Shown here piece by piece: positions 15,001-30,000 of a stretch of DNA of 64,000 bases. Under the pieces are notes generated by a model, which did no database searches, was not told the origin of the DNA, and worked only from the letters and a program-made list of their open reading frames with translations. Source of the DNA: Auanema rhodensis (taxonomy: Eukaryota > Animalia > Nematoda); contig OZ059896.1 in the NCBI GenBank assembly GCA_964057225.1, positions 11,842,001-11,906,000 of the forward strand, in the 5' to 3' direction. Made by a program: the position numbers and the translations under genes. Each line of letters starts with the position of its first letter. The first letter of the stretch is position 1.

Positions 15001-18000
15001 AATGAAATTATGAAATAGTGGTAGAATTATGAAATTGTTTAAAATATGGAATTAAATAAAATAGATGTAGTGAAATGGTTTAGAAAATACAAAATATTTA
15101 AATGTTTCAGTTTTTGAGCATCACAATATTGAAATTTAAATGTTTTTTAATGATTAAAAATTTGAAAAATGAAATTATGAAATTGTGGTAGAAATATAAA
15201 ATTGTTTAAAATATGGAATTAAATAAAAGAGATGGAGTGAAATGGTTTAGAAAATATAAAATATTTAAATGTTTCAGTTTTTGATCATCACAATATTGAA
15301 ATTTAAATGTTTTTTAATAATTAAAAATTTAAAAATTTCAAAAATGAAATTATGAAATAGTGGTAACAATATAAAATTGTTTAAAATATGGGATTAAATA
15401 AAAGAGATGGAGTGAAATGGTTTAGAAAATATAAAATATTTAAATGTTCCAGTTTTTGAGCATCACAATATTGAAATTTAAGTGTTTTTTAATGATTAAA
15501 AATTTTAAGAATGAAATTATGAAATAGTGGTAAAAATATAAAATTGTTCAAAATATGGGATTAAATAAAAGAGATGGAGTGAAATGGTTTAGAAAATACA
15601 AAATATTTAAATGTTTCAGTTTTTGATCATCACAATATTGAAATTTTAATTTTTTTTAATAATTAAAAATTTAAGAATTTAAAAAATGAAATTATGAAAT
15701 AGTGGTGAAAATATAAAATTGTTTAAAATATGGGATTAAATAAAAGAGATGGAGTGAAATGGTTTAGAAAAAACAAAATATTTAAATGTTTCAGTTTTTG
15801 AGCATCACAGTATTCAAAATTTAAATGTTTTTTAATGATGAAAAATTTAAGAATGAAATTATGAAATAGTGGTAGAATTATGAAATTGTTTAAAATATGG
15901 AATTAAATAAAATAGATGTAGTGAAATGGTTTAGAAAATACAAAATATTTAAATGTTTCAGTTTTTGAGCATCACAATACTGAAATTTAAATGTTTTTTA
16001 ATGATTAAAAATTTGAAAAATGAAATTATGAAATTGTGGTAGAAATATAAAATTGTTTAAAATATGGAATTAAATAAAAGAGATGGAGTGAAATGGTTTA
16101 GAAAATATAAAATATTTAAATGTTTCAGTTTTTGATCATCACAATATTGAAATTTAAATGTTTTTTAATAATTAAAAATTTAAAAATTTCAAAAATGAAA
16201 TTATGAAATAGTGGTAACAATATAAAATTGTTTAAAATATGGGATTAAATAAAAGAGATGGAGTGAAATGGTTTAGAAAATATAAAATATTTAAATGTTC
16301 CAGTTTTTGAGCATCACAATATTGAAATTTAAGTGTTTTTTAATGATTAAAAATTTTAAGAATGAAATTATGAAATAGTGGTAAAAATATAAAATTGTTC
16401 AAAATATGGGATTAAATAAAAGAGATGGAGTGAAATGGTTTAGAAAATACAAAATATTTAAATGTTTCAGTTTTTGATCATCACAATATTGAAATTTTAA
16501 TTTTTTTTAATAATTAAAAATTTAAGAATTTAAAAAATGAAATTATGAAATAGTGGTGAAAATATAAAATTGTTTAAAATATGGGATTAAATAAAAGAGA
16601 TGGAGTGAAATGGTTTAGAAAAAACAAAATATTTAAATGTTTCAGTTTTTGAGCATCACAGTATTCAAAATTTAAATGTTTTTTAATGATGAAAAATTTA
16701 AGAATGAAATTATGAAATAGTGGTAGAATTATGAAATTGTTTAAAATATGGAATTAAATAAAATAGATGTAGTGAAATGGTTTAGAAAATACAAAATATT
16801 TAAATGTTTCAGTTTTTGAGCATCACAATACTGAAATTTAAATGTTTTTCAATGATTAAAATATTAAAAAATGAAATTATGAAATAGTGGTAGAAATATA
16901 AAATTGTTTAAAATATGGAATTAAATAAAAGAGATGGAGTGAAATGGTTTAGAAAAAACAAAATATTTGAATGTTTCAGTTTTTGATCATCACAATATTG
17001 AAATTTAAATGTTTTTTAATGATTGAAAATTTAAAAAATGAAATTATGAAATTGTGGTAGAATTAAAAAATTGTATAAAATATGGGATTAAATAAAATAG
17101 ATAGAGTGAAATGGTTTAGAAAATACAAAATATTTAAATGTTTCAGTTTTTGAGCATCACAATATTGAAATTTAAATGTTTTTTAATGATTAAAAATTTG
17201 AAAAATGAAATTATGAAATTGTGGTAGAAATATAAAATTGTTTAAAATATGGGATTAAATAAAATAGATGGAGTGAAATGGTTTAGAAAATACAAAATAT
17301 TTGAATGTTTCAGTTTTTGATCATCACAATATTGAAATTTAAATGTTTTTTAATGATTAAAAATTTAAAAAATGAAATTATGAAATTGTGGTAGAATTAA
17401 AAAATTGTATAAAATATGGGATTAAATAAAATAGATGGAGTGAAATGGTTTAGAAAATACAAAATATTTAAATGTTTCAGTTTTTGAGCATCACAATACT
17501 GAAATTTAAATGTTTTTCAATGATTAAAATATTAAAAAATGAAATTATGAAATAGTGGTAGAAATATAAAATTGTTTAAAATATGGAATTAAATAAAAGA
17601 GATGGAGTGAAATGGTTTAGAAAAAACAAAATATTTGAATGTTTCAGTTTTTGATCATCACAATATTGAAATTTAAATGTTTTTTAATGATTGAAAATTT
17701 AAAAAATGAAATTATGAAATTGTGGTAGAATTAAAAAATTGTATAAAATATGGGATTAAATAAAATAGATAGAGTGAAATGGTTTAGAAAATACAAAATA
17801 TTTAAATGTTTCAGTTTTTGAGCATCACAATATTGAAATTTAAATGTTTTTTAATGATTAAAAATTTGAAAAATGAAATTATGAAATTGTGGTAGAAATA
17901 TAAAATTGTTTAAAATATGGGATTAAATAAAATAGATGGAGTGAAATGGTTTAGAAAATACAAAATATTTGAATGTTTCAGTTTTTGATCATCACAATAT

Positions 18001-21000
18001 TGAAATTTAAATGTTTTTTAATGATTAAAAATTTAAAAAATGAAATTATGAAATTGTGGTAGAATTAAAAAATTGTATAAAATATGGGATTAAATAAAAT
18101 AGATGGAGTGAAATGGTTTAGAAAATACAAAATATTTAAATGTTTCAGTTTTTGAGCATCACAATACTGAAATTTAAATGTTTTTCAATGATTAAAATAT
18201 TAAAAAATGAAATTATGAAATAGTGGTAGAAATATAAAATTGTTTAAAATATGGAATTAAATAAAAGAGATGGAGTGAAATGGTTTAGAAAATACAAAAT
18301 ATTTAAATGTTTCAGTTTTTGAGCATCACAATACTGAAATTTAAATGTTTTTCAATGATTAAAATATTAAAAAATGAAATTATGAAATAGTGGTAGAAAT
18401 ATAAAATTGTTTAAAATATGGAATTAAATAAAAGAGATGGAGTGAAATGGTTTAGAAAAAACAAAATATTTGAATGTTTCAGTTTTTGATCATCACAATA
18501 TTGAAATTTAAATGTTTTTTAATGATTGAAAATTTAAAAAATGAAATTATGAAATTGTGGTAGAATTAAAAAATTGTATAAAATATGGGATTAAATAAAA
18601 TAGATAGAGTGAAATGGTTTAGAAAATACAAAATATTTAAATGTTTCAGTTTTTGAGCATCACAATATTGAAATTTAAATGTTTTTTAATGATTAAAAAT
18701 TTGAAAAATGAAATTATGAAATTGTGGTAGAAATATAAAATTGTTTAAAATATGGGATTAAATAAAATAGATGGAGTGAAATGGTTTAGAAAATACAAAA
18801 TATTTGAATGTTTCAGTTTTTGATCATCACAATATTGAAATTTAAATGTTTTTTAATGATTAAAAATTTGAAAAATGAAATTATGAAATTGTGGTAGAAA
18901 TATAAAATTGTTTAAAATATGGGATTAAATAAAATAGATGGAGTGAAATGGTTTAGAAAATACAAAATATTTGAATGTTTCAGTTTTGATCATCACAATA
19001 TTAAAATTTAAATGTTTTTTAATAATTAAAAATTTAAAAAATAAGATTATGAAATAGTGGTAAAAATATAAAATTGTTTAAAATATGGGATTAAATAAAA
19101 TAGATGGAGTGAAATGGTTTAGAAAATACAAAATATTTGAATGTTTCAGTTTTTGAGCATCACAATATTAAAATTTAAATGTTTTTTAATGATTGAAAAT
19201 TTAAAAAATGAAATTATGAAATTGTGTTAGAATTAAAAAATTGTATAAAATATGGGATTAAATAAAATAGATGGAGTGAAATGGTTTAGAAAATACAAAA
19301 TATTTAAATGTTTCAGTTTTTGAGCATCACAATACTGAAATTTAAATGTTTTTCAATGATTAAAATATTAAAAAATGAAATTATGAAATAGTGGTAGAAT
19401 TAAAAAATTGTATAAAATATGGGATTAAATAAAATAGATAGAGTGAAATGGTTTAGAAAATACAAAATATTTAAATGTTTCAGTTTTTGAGCATCACAAT
19501 ACTGAAATTTAAATGTTTTTCAATGATTAAAATATTAAAAAATGAAATTATGAAATAGTGGTAGAATTAAAAAATTGTATAAAATATGGGATTAAATAAA
19601 ATAGATAGAGTGAAATGGTTTAGAAAATACAAAATATTTAAATGTTTCAGTTTTTGAGCATCACAATACTGAAATTTAAATGTTTTTCAATGATTAAAAT
19701 ATTAAAAAATGAAATTATGAAATAGTGGTAGAATTAAAAAATTGTATAAAATATGGGATTAAATAAAATAGATAGAGTGAAATGGTTTAGAAAATACAAA
19801 ATATTTAAATGTTTCAGTTTTTGAGCATCACAATATTGAAATTTAAATGTTTTTTAATGATTAAAAATTTGAAAAATGAAATTATGAAATTGTGGTAGAA
19901 ATATAAAATTGTTTAAAATATGGGATTAAATAAAATAGATGGAGTGAAATGGTTTAGAAAATACAAAATATTTGAATGTTTCAGTTTTTGATCATCACAA
20001 TACTGAAATTTAAATGTTTTTCAATGATTAAAATATTAAAAAATGAAATTATGAAATAGTGGTGAAAATATAAAATTGTTTAAAATATGGGATTAAATAA
20101 AAGAGATGGAGTGAAATGGTTTAGAAAAAACAAAATATTTAAATGTTTCAGTTTTTGAGCATCACAGTATTCAAAATTTAAATGTTTTTTAATGATGAAA
20201 AATTTGAAAAATGAAATTATGAAATTGTGGTAGAAATATAAAATTGTTTAAAATATGGGATTAAATAAAATAGATGGAGTGAAATGGTTTAGAAAATACA
20301 AAATATTTGAATGTTTCAGTTTTTGATCATCACAATACTGAAATTTAAATGTTTTTCAATGATTAAAATATTAAAAAATGAAATTATGAAATTGTGGTAG
20401 AAATATAAAATTGTTTAAAAAATGGAATTAAATAAAAGAGATGGAGTGAAATGGTTTAGAAATTACAGAATATTTGAATGTTTCAGTTTTTGATCATCAC
20501 AATATTGAAATTTAAATGTTTTTTAATAATTAAAAATTTAAAAATTAAAAAATGAAATTATGAAATTGTGGTAGAATTAAAAAATTGTATAAAATATGGG
20601 ATTAAATAAAATAGATGGAGTGAAATGGTTTAGAAAATACAAAATATTTAAATGTTTCAGTTTTTGAGCATCACAATATTGAAATTTAAATGTTTTTTAA
20701 TGTTTAAAAATTTTAAGAATGAAATTATGAAATAGTGGTAAAAATATAAAATTGTTTAAAATATGGGATTAAATAAAATAGATGGAGTGAAATGGTTTAG
20801 AAAATACAAAATATTTAAATGTTTCAGTTTTTGAGCATCACAATATTGAAATTTAAATGTTTTTTAATGATTGAAAACTTAAAAAATGAAATTATGAAAT
20901 TGTGGTAGAATTAAAATATTGTATAAAATATGGGATTAAATAAAATAGATGTAGTGAAATGGTTTAGAAAATACAAAATATTTAAATGTTTCAGTTTTTG

Positions 21001-24000
21001 AGCATCACAATATTGAAATTTAAATGTTTTTTAATGATTAAAAATTTGAAAAATGAAATTATGAAATTGTGGTAGAAATATAAAATTGTTTAAAATATGG
21101 AATTAAATAAAAGAGATGGAGTGAAATGGTTTAGAAAATATAAAATATTTAAATGTTTCAGTTTTTGATCATCACAATATTGAAATTTAAATGTTTTTTA
21201 ATAATTAAAAATTTAAAAATTTAAAAAATGAAATTATGAAATAGTGGTAACAATATAAAATTGTTTAAAATATGGGATTAAATAAAAGAGATGGAGTGAA
21301 ATGGTTTAGAAAATATAAAATATTTAAATGTTCCAGTTTTTGAGCATCACAGTATTCAAAATTTAAATGTTTTTTAATGATGAAAAATTTAAGAATGAAA
21401 TTATGAAATAGTGGTAGAATTATGAAATTGTTTAAAATATGGAATTAAATAAAATAGATGGAGTGAAATGGTTTAGAAAATACAAAATATTTAAATGTTT
21501 CAGTTTTTGAGCATCACAATATTGAAATTTAAATGTTTTTTAATGATTAAAAATTTGAAAAATGAAATTATGAAATTGTGGTAGAAATATAAAATTGTTT
21601 AAAATATGGAATTAAATAAAAGAGATGGAGTGAAATGGTTTAGAAAATATAAAATATTTAAATGTTTCAGTTTTTGATCATCACAATATTGAAATTTAAA
21701 TGTTTTTTAATAATTAAAAATTTAAAAATTTAAAAAATGAAATTATGAAATAGTGGTAACAATATAAAATTGTTTAAAATATGGGATTAAATAAAAGAGA
21801 TGGAGTGAAATGGTTTAGAAAATACAAAATATTTAAATGTTTCAGTTTTTGAGCATCACAATATTGAAATTTAAATGTTTTTTAATGTTTAAAAATTTTA
21901 AGAATGAAATTATGAAATAGTGGTAAAAATATAAAATTGTTTAAAATATGAGATTAAATAAAAGAGATGGAGTGAAATGGTTTAGAAAATACAAAATATT
22001 TGAATGTTTCAGTTTTTGATCATCACAATATTGAAATTTAAATGTTTTTTAATAATTAAAAATTTAAAAAATGAAATTATGAAATTGTGAAAGAATTAAA
22101 AAATTGTATAAAATATGGGATTAAATAAAATAGATGGAGTGAAATGGTTTAGAAAATACAAAATATTTAAATGTTTCAGTTTTTGAGCATCACAATACTG
22201 AAATTTAAATGTTTTTCAATGATTAAAATATTAAAAAATGAAATTATGAAATAGTGGTAGAAATATAAAATTGTTTAAAATATGGAATTAAATAAAAGAG
22301 ATGGAGTGAAATGGTTTAGAAAATACAAAATATTTAAATGTTTCAGTTTTTGAGCATCACAATACTGAAATTTAAATGTTTTTCAATGATTAAAATATTA
22401 AAAAATGAAATTATGAAATAGTGGTAGAAATATAAAATTGTTTAAAATATGGAATTAAATAAAAGAGATGGAGTGAAATGGTTTAGAAAATACAAAATAT
22501 TTGAATGTTTCAGTTTTTGATCATCACAATACTGAAATTTAAATGTTTTTCAATGATTAAAATATTAAAAAATGAAATTATGAAATAGTGGTGAAAATAT
22601 AAAATTGTTTAAAATATGGGATTAAATAAAAGAGATGGAGTGAAATGGTTTAGAAAAAACAAAATATTTAAATGTTTCAGTTTTTGAGCATCACAGTATT
22701 CAAAATTTAAATGTTTTTTAATGATGAAAAATTTGAAAAATGAAATTATGAAATTGTGGTAGAAATATAAAATTGTTTAAAATATGGGATTAAATAAAAT
22801 AGATGGAGTGAAATGGTTTAGAAAATACAAAATATTTGAATGTTTCAGTTTTTGATCATCACAATACTGAAATTTAAATGTTTTTCAATGATTAAAATAT
22901 TAAAAAATGAAATTATGAAATAGTGGTAGAATTAAAAAATTGTATAAAATATGGGATTAAATAAAATAGATAGAGTGAAATGGTTTAGAAAATACAAAAT
23001 ATTTAAATGTTTCAGTTTTTGAGCATCACAATATTGAAATTTAAATGTTTTTTAATGATTAAAAATTTGAAAAATGAAATTATGAAATTGTGGTAGAAAT
23101 ATAAAATTGTTTAAAATATGGGATTAAATAAAATAGATGGAGTGAAATGGTTTAGAAAATACAAAATATTTGAATGTTTCAGTTTTTGATCATCACAATA
23201 CTGAAATTTAAATGTTTTTCAATGATTAAAATATTAAAAAATGAAATTATGAAATAGTGGTGAAAATATAAAATTGTTTAAAATATGGGATTAAATAAAA
23301 GAGATGGAGTGAAATGGTTTAGAAAAAACAAAATATTTAAATGTTTCAGTTTTTGAGCATCACAGTATTCAAAATTTAAATGTTTTTTAATGATGAAAAA
23401 TTTGAAAAATGAAATTATGAAATTGTGGTAGAAATATAAAATTGTTTAAAATATGGGATTAAATAAAATAGATGGAGTGAAATGGTTTAGAAAATACAAA
23501 ATATTTGAATGTTTCAGTTTTTGATCATCACAATACTGAAATTTAAATGTTTTTCAATGATTAAAATATTAAAAAATGAAATTATGAAATAGTGGTGAAA
23601 ATATAAAATTGTTTAAAATATGGAATTAAATAAAATAGATGTAGTGAAATGGTTTAGAAAATACAAAATATTTAAATGTTTCAGTTTTTGAGCATCACAA
23701 TATTGAAATTTAAATGTTTTTTAATGATTAAAAATTTGAAAAATGAAATTATGAAATTGTGGTAGAAATATAAAATTGTTTAAAATATGGAATTAAATAA
23801 AAGAGATGGAGTGAAATGGTTTAGAAAATATAAAATATTTAAATGTTTCAGTTTTTGATCATCACAATATTGAAATTTAAATGTTTTTTAATAATTAAAA
23901 ATTTAAAAATTTAAAAAATGAAATTATGAAATAGTGGTAACAATATAAAATTGTTTAAAATATGGGATTAAATAAAAGAGATGGAGTGAAATGGTTTAGA

Positions 24001-27000
24001 AAATATAAAATATTTAAATGTTCCAGTTTTTGAGCATCACAGTATTCAAAATTTAAATGTTTTTTAATGATGAAAAATTTGAAAAATGAAATTATGAAAT
24101 TGTGGTAGAAATATAAAATTGTTTAAAATATGGGATTAAATAAAATAGATGGAGTGAAATGGTTTAGAAAATACAAAATATTTGAATGTTTCAGTTTTTG
24201 ATCATCACAATACTGAAATTTAAATGTTTTTCAATGATTAAAATATTAAAAAATGAAATTATGAAATAGTGGTGAAAATATAAAATTGTTTAAAATATGG
24301 GATTAAATAAAAGAGATGGAGTGAAATGGTTTAGAAAAAACAAAATATTTAAATGTTTCAGTTTTTGAGCATCACAGTATTCAAAATTTAAATGTTTTTT
24401 AATGATGAAAAATTTAAGAATGAAATTATGAAATAGTGGTAGAATTATGAAACTGTTTAAAATATGGAATTAAATAAAATAGATGTAGTGAAATGGTTTA
24501 GAAAATACAAAATATTTAAATGTTTCAGTTTTTGAGCATCACAATATTGAAATTTAAATGTTTTTTAATGATTAAAATATTAAAAAATGAAATTATGAAA
24601 TAGTGGTAGAAATATAAAATTGTTTAAAATATGGAATTAAATAAAAGAGATGGAGTGAAATGGTTTAGAAAATACAAAATATTTGAATGTTTCAGTTTTT
24701 GATCATCACAATACTGAAATTTAAATGTTTTTCAATGATTAAAATATTAAAAAATGAAATTATGAAATAGTGGTGAAAATATAAAATTGTTTAAAATATG
24801 GGATTAAATAAAAGAGATGGAGTGAAATGGTTTAGAAAAAACAAAATATTTAAATGTTTCAGTTTTTGAGCATCACAGTATTCAAAATTTAAATGTTTTT
24901 TAATGATGAAAAATTTGAAAAATGAAATTATGAAATTGTGGTAGAAATATAAAATTGTTTAAAATATGGGATTAAATAAAATAGATGGAGTGAAATGGTT
25001 TAGAAAATACAAAATATTTAAATGTTTCAGTTTTTGATCATCACAATACTGAAATTTAAATGTTTTTCAATGATTAAAATATTAAAAAATGAAATTATGA
25101 AATAGTGGTAGAATTAAAAAATTGTATAAAATATGGGATTAAATAAAATAGATAGAGTGAAATGGTTTAGAAAATACAAAATATTTAAATGTTTCAGTTT
25201 TTGAGCATCACAATATTGAAATTTAAATGTTTTTTAATGATTAAAAATTTGAAAAATGAAATTATGAAATTGTGGTAGAAATATAAAATTGTTTAAAATA
25301 TGGGATTAAATAAAATAGATGGAGTGAAATGGTTTAGAAAATACAAAATATTTGAATGTTTCAGTTTTTGATCATCACAATACTGAAATTTAAATGTTTT
25401 TCAATGATTAAAATATTAAAAAATGAAATTATGAAATAGTGGTGAAAATATAAAATTGTTTAAAATATGGGATTAAATAAAAGAGATGGAGTGAAATGGT
25501 TTAGAAAAAACAAAATATTTAAATGTTTCAGTTTTTGAGCATCACAGTATTCAAAATTTAAATGTTTTTTAATGATGAAAAATTTGAAAAATGAAATTAT
25601 GAAATTGTGGTAGAAATATAAAATTGTTTAAAATATGGGATTAAATAAAATAGATGGAGTGAAATGGTTTAGAAAATACAAAATATTTGAATGTTTCAGT
25701 TTTTGATCATCACAATACTGAAATTTAAATGTTTTTCAATGATTAAAATATTAAAAAATGAAATTATGAAATAGTGGTGAAAATATAAAATTGTTTAAAA
25801 TATGGAATTAAATAAAATAGATGTAGTGAAATGGTTTAGAAAATACAAAATATTTAAATGTTTCAGTTTTTGAGCATCACAATATTGAAATTTAAATGTT
25901 TTTTAATGATTAAAAATTTGAAAAATGAAATTATGAAATTGTGGTAGAAATATAAAATTGTTTAAAATATGGAATTAAATAAAAGAGATGGAGTGAAATG
26001 GTTTAGAAAATATAAAATATTTAAATGTTTCAGTTTTTGATCATCACAATATTGAAATTTAAATGTTTTTTAATAATTAAAAATTTAAAAATTTAAAAAA
26101 TGAAATTATGAAATAGTGGTAACAATATAAAATTGTTTAAAATATGGGATTAAATAAAAGAGATGGAGTGAAATGGTTTAGAAAATATAAAATATTTAAA
26201 TGTTCCAGTTTTTGAGCATCACAGTATTCAAAATTTAAATGTTTTTTAATGATGAAAAATTTAAGAATGAAATTATGAAATAGTGGTAGAATTATGAAAT
26301 TGTTTAAAATATGGAATTAAATAAAATAGATGGAGTGAAATGGTTTAGAAAATACAAAATATTTAAATGTTTCAGTTTTTGAGCATCACAATATTGAAAT
26401 TTAAATGTTTTTTAATGATTAAAAATTTGAAAAATGAAATTATGAAATTGTGGTAGAAATATAAAATTGTTTAAAATATGGAATTAAATAAAAGAGATGG
26501 AGTGAAATGGTTTAGAAAATATAAAATATTTAAATGTTTCAGTTTTTGATCATCACAATATTGAAATTTAAATGTTTTTTAATAATTAAAAATTTAAAAA
26601 TTTAAAAAATGAAATTATGAAATAGTGGTAACAATATAAAATTGTTTAAAATATGGGATTAAATAAAAGAGATGGAGTGAAATGGTTTAGAAAATACAAA
26701 ATATTTAAATGTTTCAGTTTTTGAGCATCACAATATTGAAATTTAAATGTTTTTTAATGTTTAAAAATTTTAAGAATGAAATTATGAAATAGTGGTAAAA
26801 ATATAAAATTGTTTAAAATATGAGATTAAATAAAAGAGATGGAGTGAAATGGTTTAGAAAATACAAAATATTTGAATGTTTCAGTTTTTGATCATCACAA
26901 TATTGAAATTTAAATGTTTTTTAATAATTAAAAATTTAAAAAATGAAATTATGAAATTGTGAAAGAATTAAAAAATTGTATAAAATATGGGATTAAATAA

Positions 27001-30000
27001 AATAGATGGAGTGAAATGGTTTAGAAAATACAAAATATTTAAATGTTTCAGTTTTTGAGCATCACAATACTGAAATTTAAATGTTTTTCAATGATTAAAA
27101 TATTAAAAAATGAAATTATGAAATAGTGGTAGAAATATAAAATTGTTTAAAATATGGAATTAAATAAAAGAGATGGAGTGAAATGGTTTAGAAAATACAA
27201 AATATTTAAATGTTTCAGTTTTTGAGCATCACAATACTGAAATTTAAATGTTTTTCAATGATTAAAATATTAAAAAATGAAATTATGAAATAGTGGTAGA
27301 AATATAAAATTGTTTAAAATATGGAATTAAATAAAAGAGATGGAGTGAAATGGTTTAGAAAAAACAAAATATTTGAATGTTTCAGTTTTTGATCATCACA
27401 ATATTGAAATTTAAATGTTTTTTAATGATTGAAAATTTAAAAAATGAAATTATGAAATTGTGGTAGAATTAAAAAATTGTATAAAATATGGGATTAAATA
27501 AAATAGATAGAGTGAAATGGTTTAGAAAATACAAAATATTTAAATGTTTCAGTTTTTGAGCATCACAATATTGAAATTTAAATGTTTTTTAATGATTAAA
27601 AATTTGAAAAATGAAATTATGAAATTGTGGTAGAAATATAAAATTGTTTAAAATATGGGATTAAATAAAATAGATGGAGTGAAATGGTTTAGAAAATACA
27701 AAATATTTGAATGTTTCAGTTTTTGATCATCACAATATTGAAATTTAAATGTTTTTTAATGATTAAAAATTTAAAAAATGAAATTATGAAATTGTGGTAG
27801 AATTAAAAAATTGTATAAAATATGGGATTAAATAAAATAGATGGAGTGAAATGGTTTAGAAAATACAAAATATTTAAATGTTTCAGTTTTTGAGCATCAC
27901 AATACTGAAATTTAAATGTTTTTCAATGATTAAAATATTAAAAAATGAAATTATGAAATAGTGGTAGAAATATAAAATTGTTTAAAATATGGAATTAAAT
28001 AAAAGAGATGGAGTGAAATGGTTTAGAAAATACAAAATATTTAAATGTTTCAGTTTTTGAGCATCACAATACTGAAATTTAAATGTTTTTCAATGATTAA
28101 AATATTAAAAAATGAAATTATGAAATAGTGGTAGAAATATAAAATTGTTTAAAATATGGAATTAAATAAAAGAGATGGAGTGAAATGGTTTAGAAAAAAC
28201 AAAATATTTGAATGTTTCAGTTTTTGATCATCACAATATTGAAATTTAAATGTTTTTTAATGATTGAAAATTTAAAAAATGAAATTATGAAATTGTGGTA
28301 GAATTAAAAAATTGTATAAAATATGGGATTAAATAAAATAGATAGAGTGAAATGGTTTAGAAAATACAAAATATTTAAATGTTTCAGTTTTTGAGCATCA
28401 CAATATTGAAATTTAAATGTTTTTTAATGATTAAAAATTTGAAAAATGAATTTATGAAATTGTGGTAGAAATATAAAATTGTTTAAAATATGGGATTAAA
28501 TAAAATAGATGGAGTGAAATGGTTTAGAAAATACAAAATATTTGAATGTTTCAGTTTTTGATCATCACAATATTGAAATTTAAATGTTTTTTAATGATTA
28601 AAAATTTGAAAAATGAAATTATGAAATTGTGGTAGAAATATAAAATTGTTTAAAATATGGGATTAAATAAAATAGATGGAGTGAAATGGTTTAGAAAATA
28701 CAAAATATTTGAATGTTTCAGTTTTGATCATCACAATATTAAAATTTAAATGTTTTTTAATAATTAAAAATTTAAAAAATAAGATTATGAAATAGTGGTA
28801 AAAATATAAAATTGTTTAAAATATGGGATTAAATAAAATAGATGGAGTGAAATGGTTTAGAAAATACAAAATATTTGAATGTTTCAGTTTTTGAGCATCA
28901 CAATATTAAAATTTAAATGTTTTTTAATGATTGAAAATTTAAAAAATGAAATTATGAAATTGTGGTAGAATTAAAAAATTGTATAAAATATGGGATTAAA
29001 TAAAATAGATGGAGTGAAATGGTTTAGAAAATACAAAATATTTAAATGTTTCAGTTTTTGAGCATCACAATACTGAAATTTAAATGTTTTTCAATGATTA
29101 AAATATTAAAAAATGAAATTATGAAATAGTGGTAAAAATATAAAATTGTTTAAAATATGGGATTAAATAAAAGAGATGGAGTGAAATGGTTTAGAAAATA
29201 TAAAATATTTAAATATTCCAGTTTTTGAGCATCACAATATTGAAATTTAAGTGTTTTTTAATGATTAAAAATTTTAAGAATGAAATTATGAAATAGTGGT
29301 AAAAATATAAAATTGTTTAAAATATGGGATTAAATAAAAGAGATGGAGTGAAATGGTTTAGAAAATACAAAATATTTAAATGTTTCAGTTTTTGATCATC
29401 ACAATATTGAAATTTTAATTTTTTTTAATAATTAAAAATTTAAGAATTTAAAAAATGAAATTATGAAATAGTGGTGAAAATATAAAATTGTTTAAAATAT
29501 GGGATTAAATAAAAGAGATGGAGTGAAATGGTTTAGAAAAAACAAAATATTTAAATGTTTCAGTTTTTGAGCATCACAGTATTCAAAATTTAAATGTTTT
29601 TTAATGATGAAAAATTTAAGAATGAAATTATGAAATAGTGGTAGAATTATGAAATTGTTTAAAATATGGAATTAAATAAAATAGATGTAGTGAAATGGTT
29701 TAGAAAATACAAAATATTTAAATGTTTCAGTTTTTGAGCATCACAATATTGAAATTTAAATGTTTTTTAATGATTAAAAATTTGAAAAATGAAATTATGA
29801 AATAGTGGTAAAAATATAAAATTGTTTAAAATATGGGATTAAATAAAAGAGATGGAGTGAAATGGTTTAGAAAATACAAAATATTTAAATGTTTCAGTTT
29901 TGATCATCACAATATTAAAATTTAAATGTTTTTTAATAATTAAAAAGTTAAAAAATAAGATTATGAAATAGTGGTAAAAATATAAAATTGTTTAAAATAT

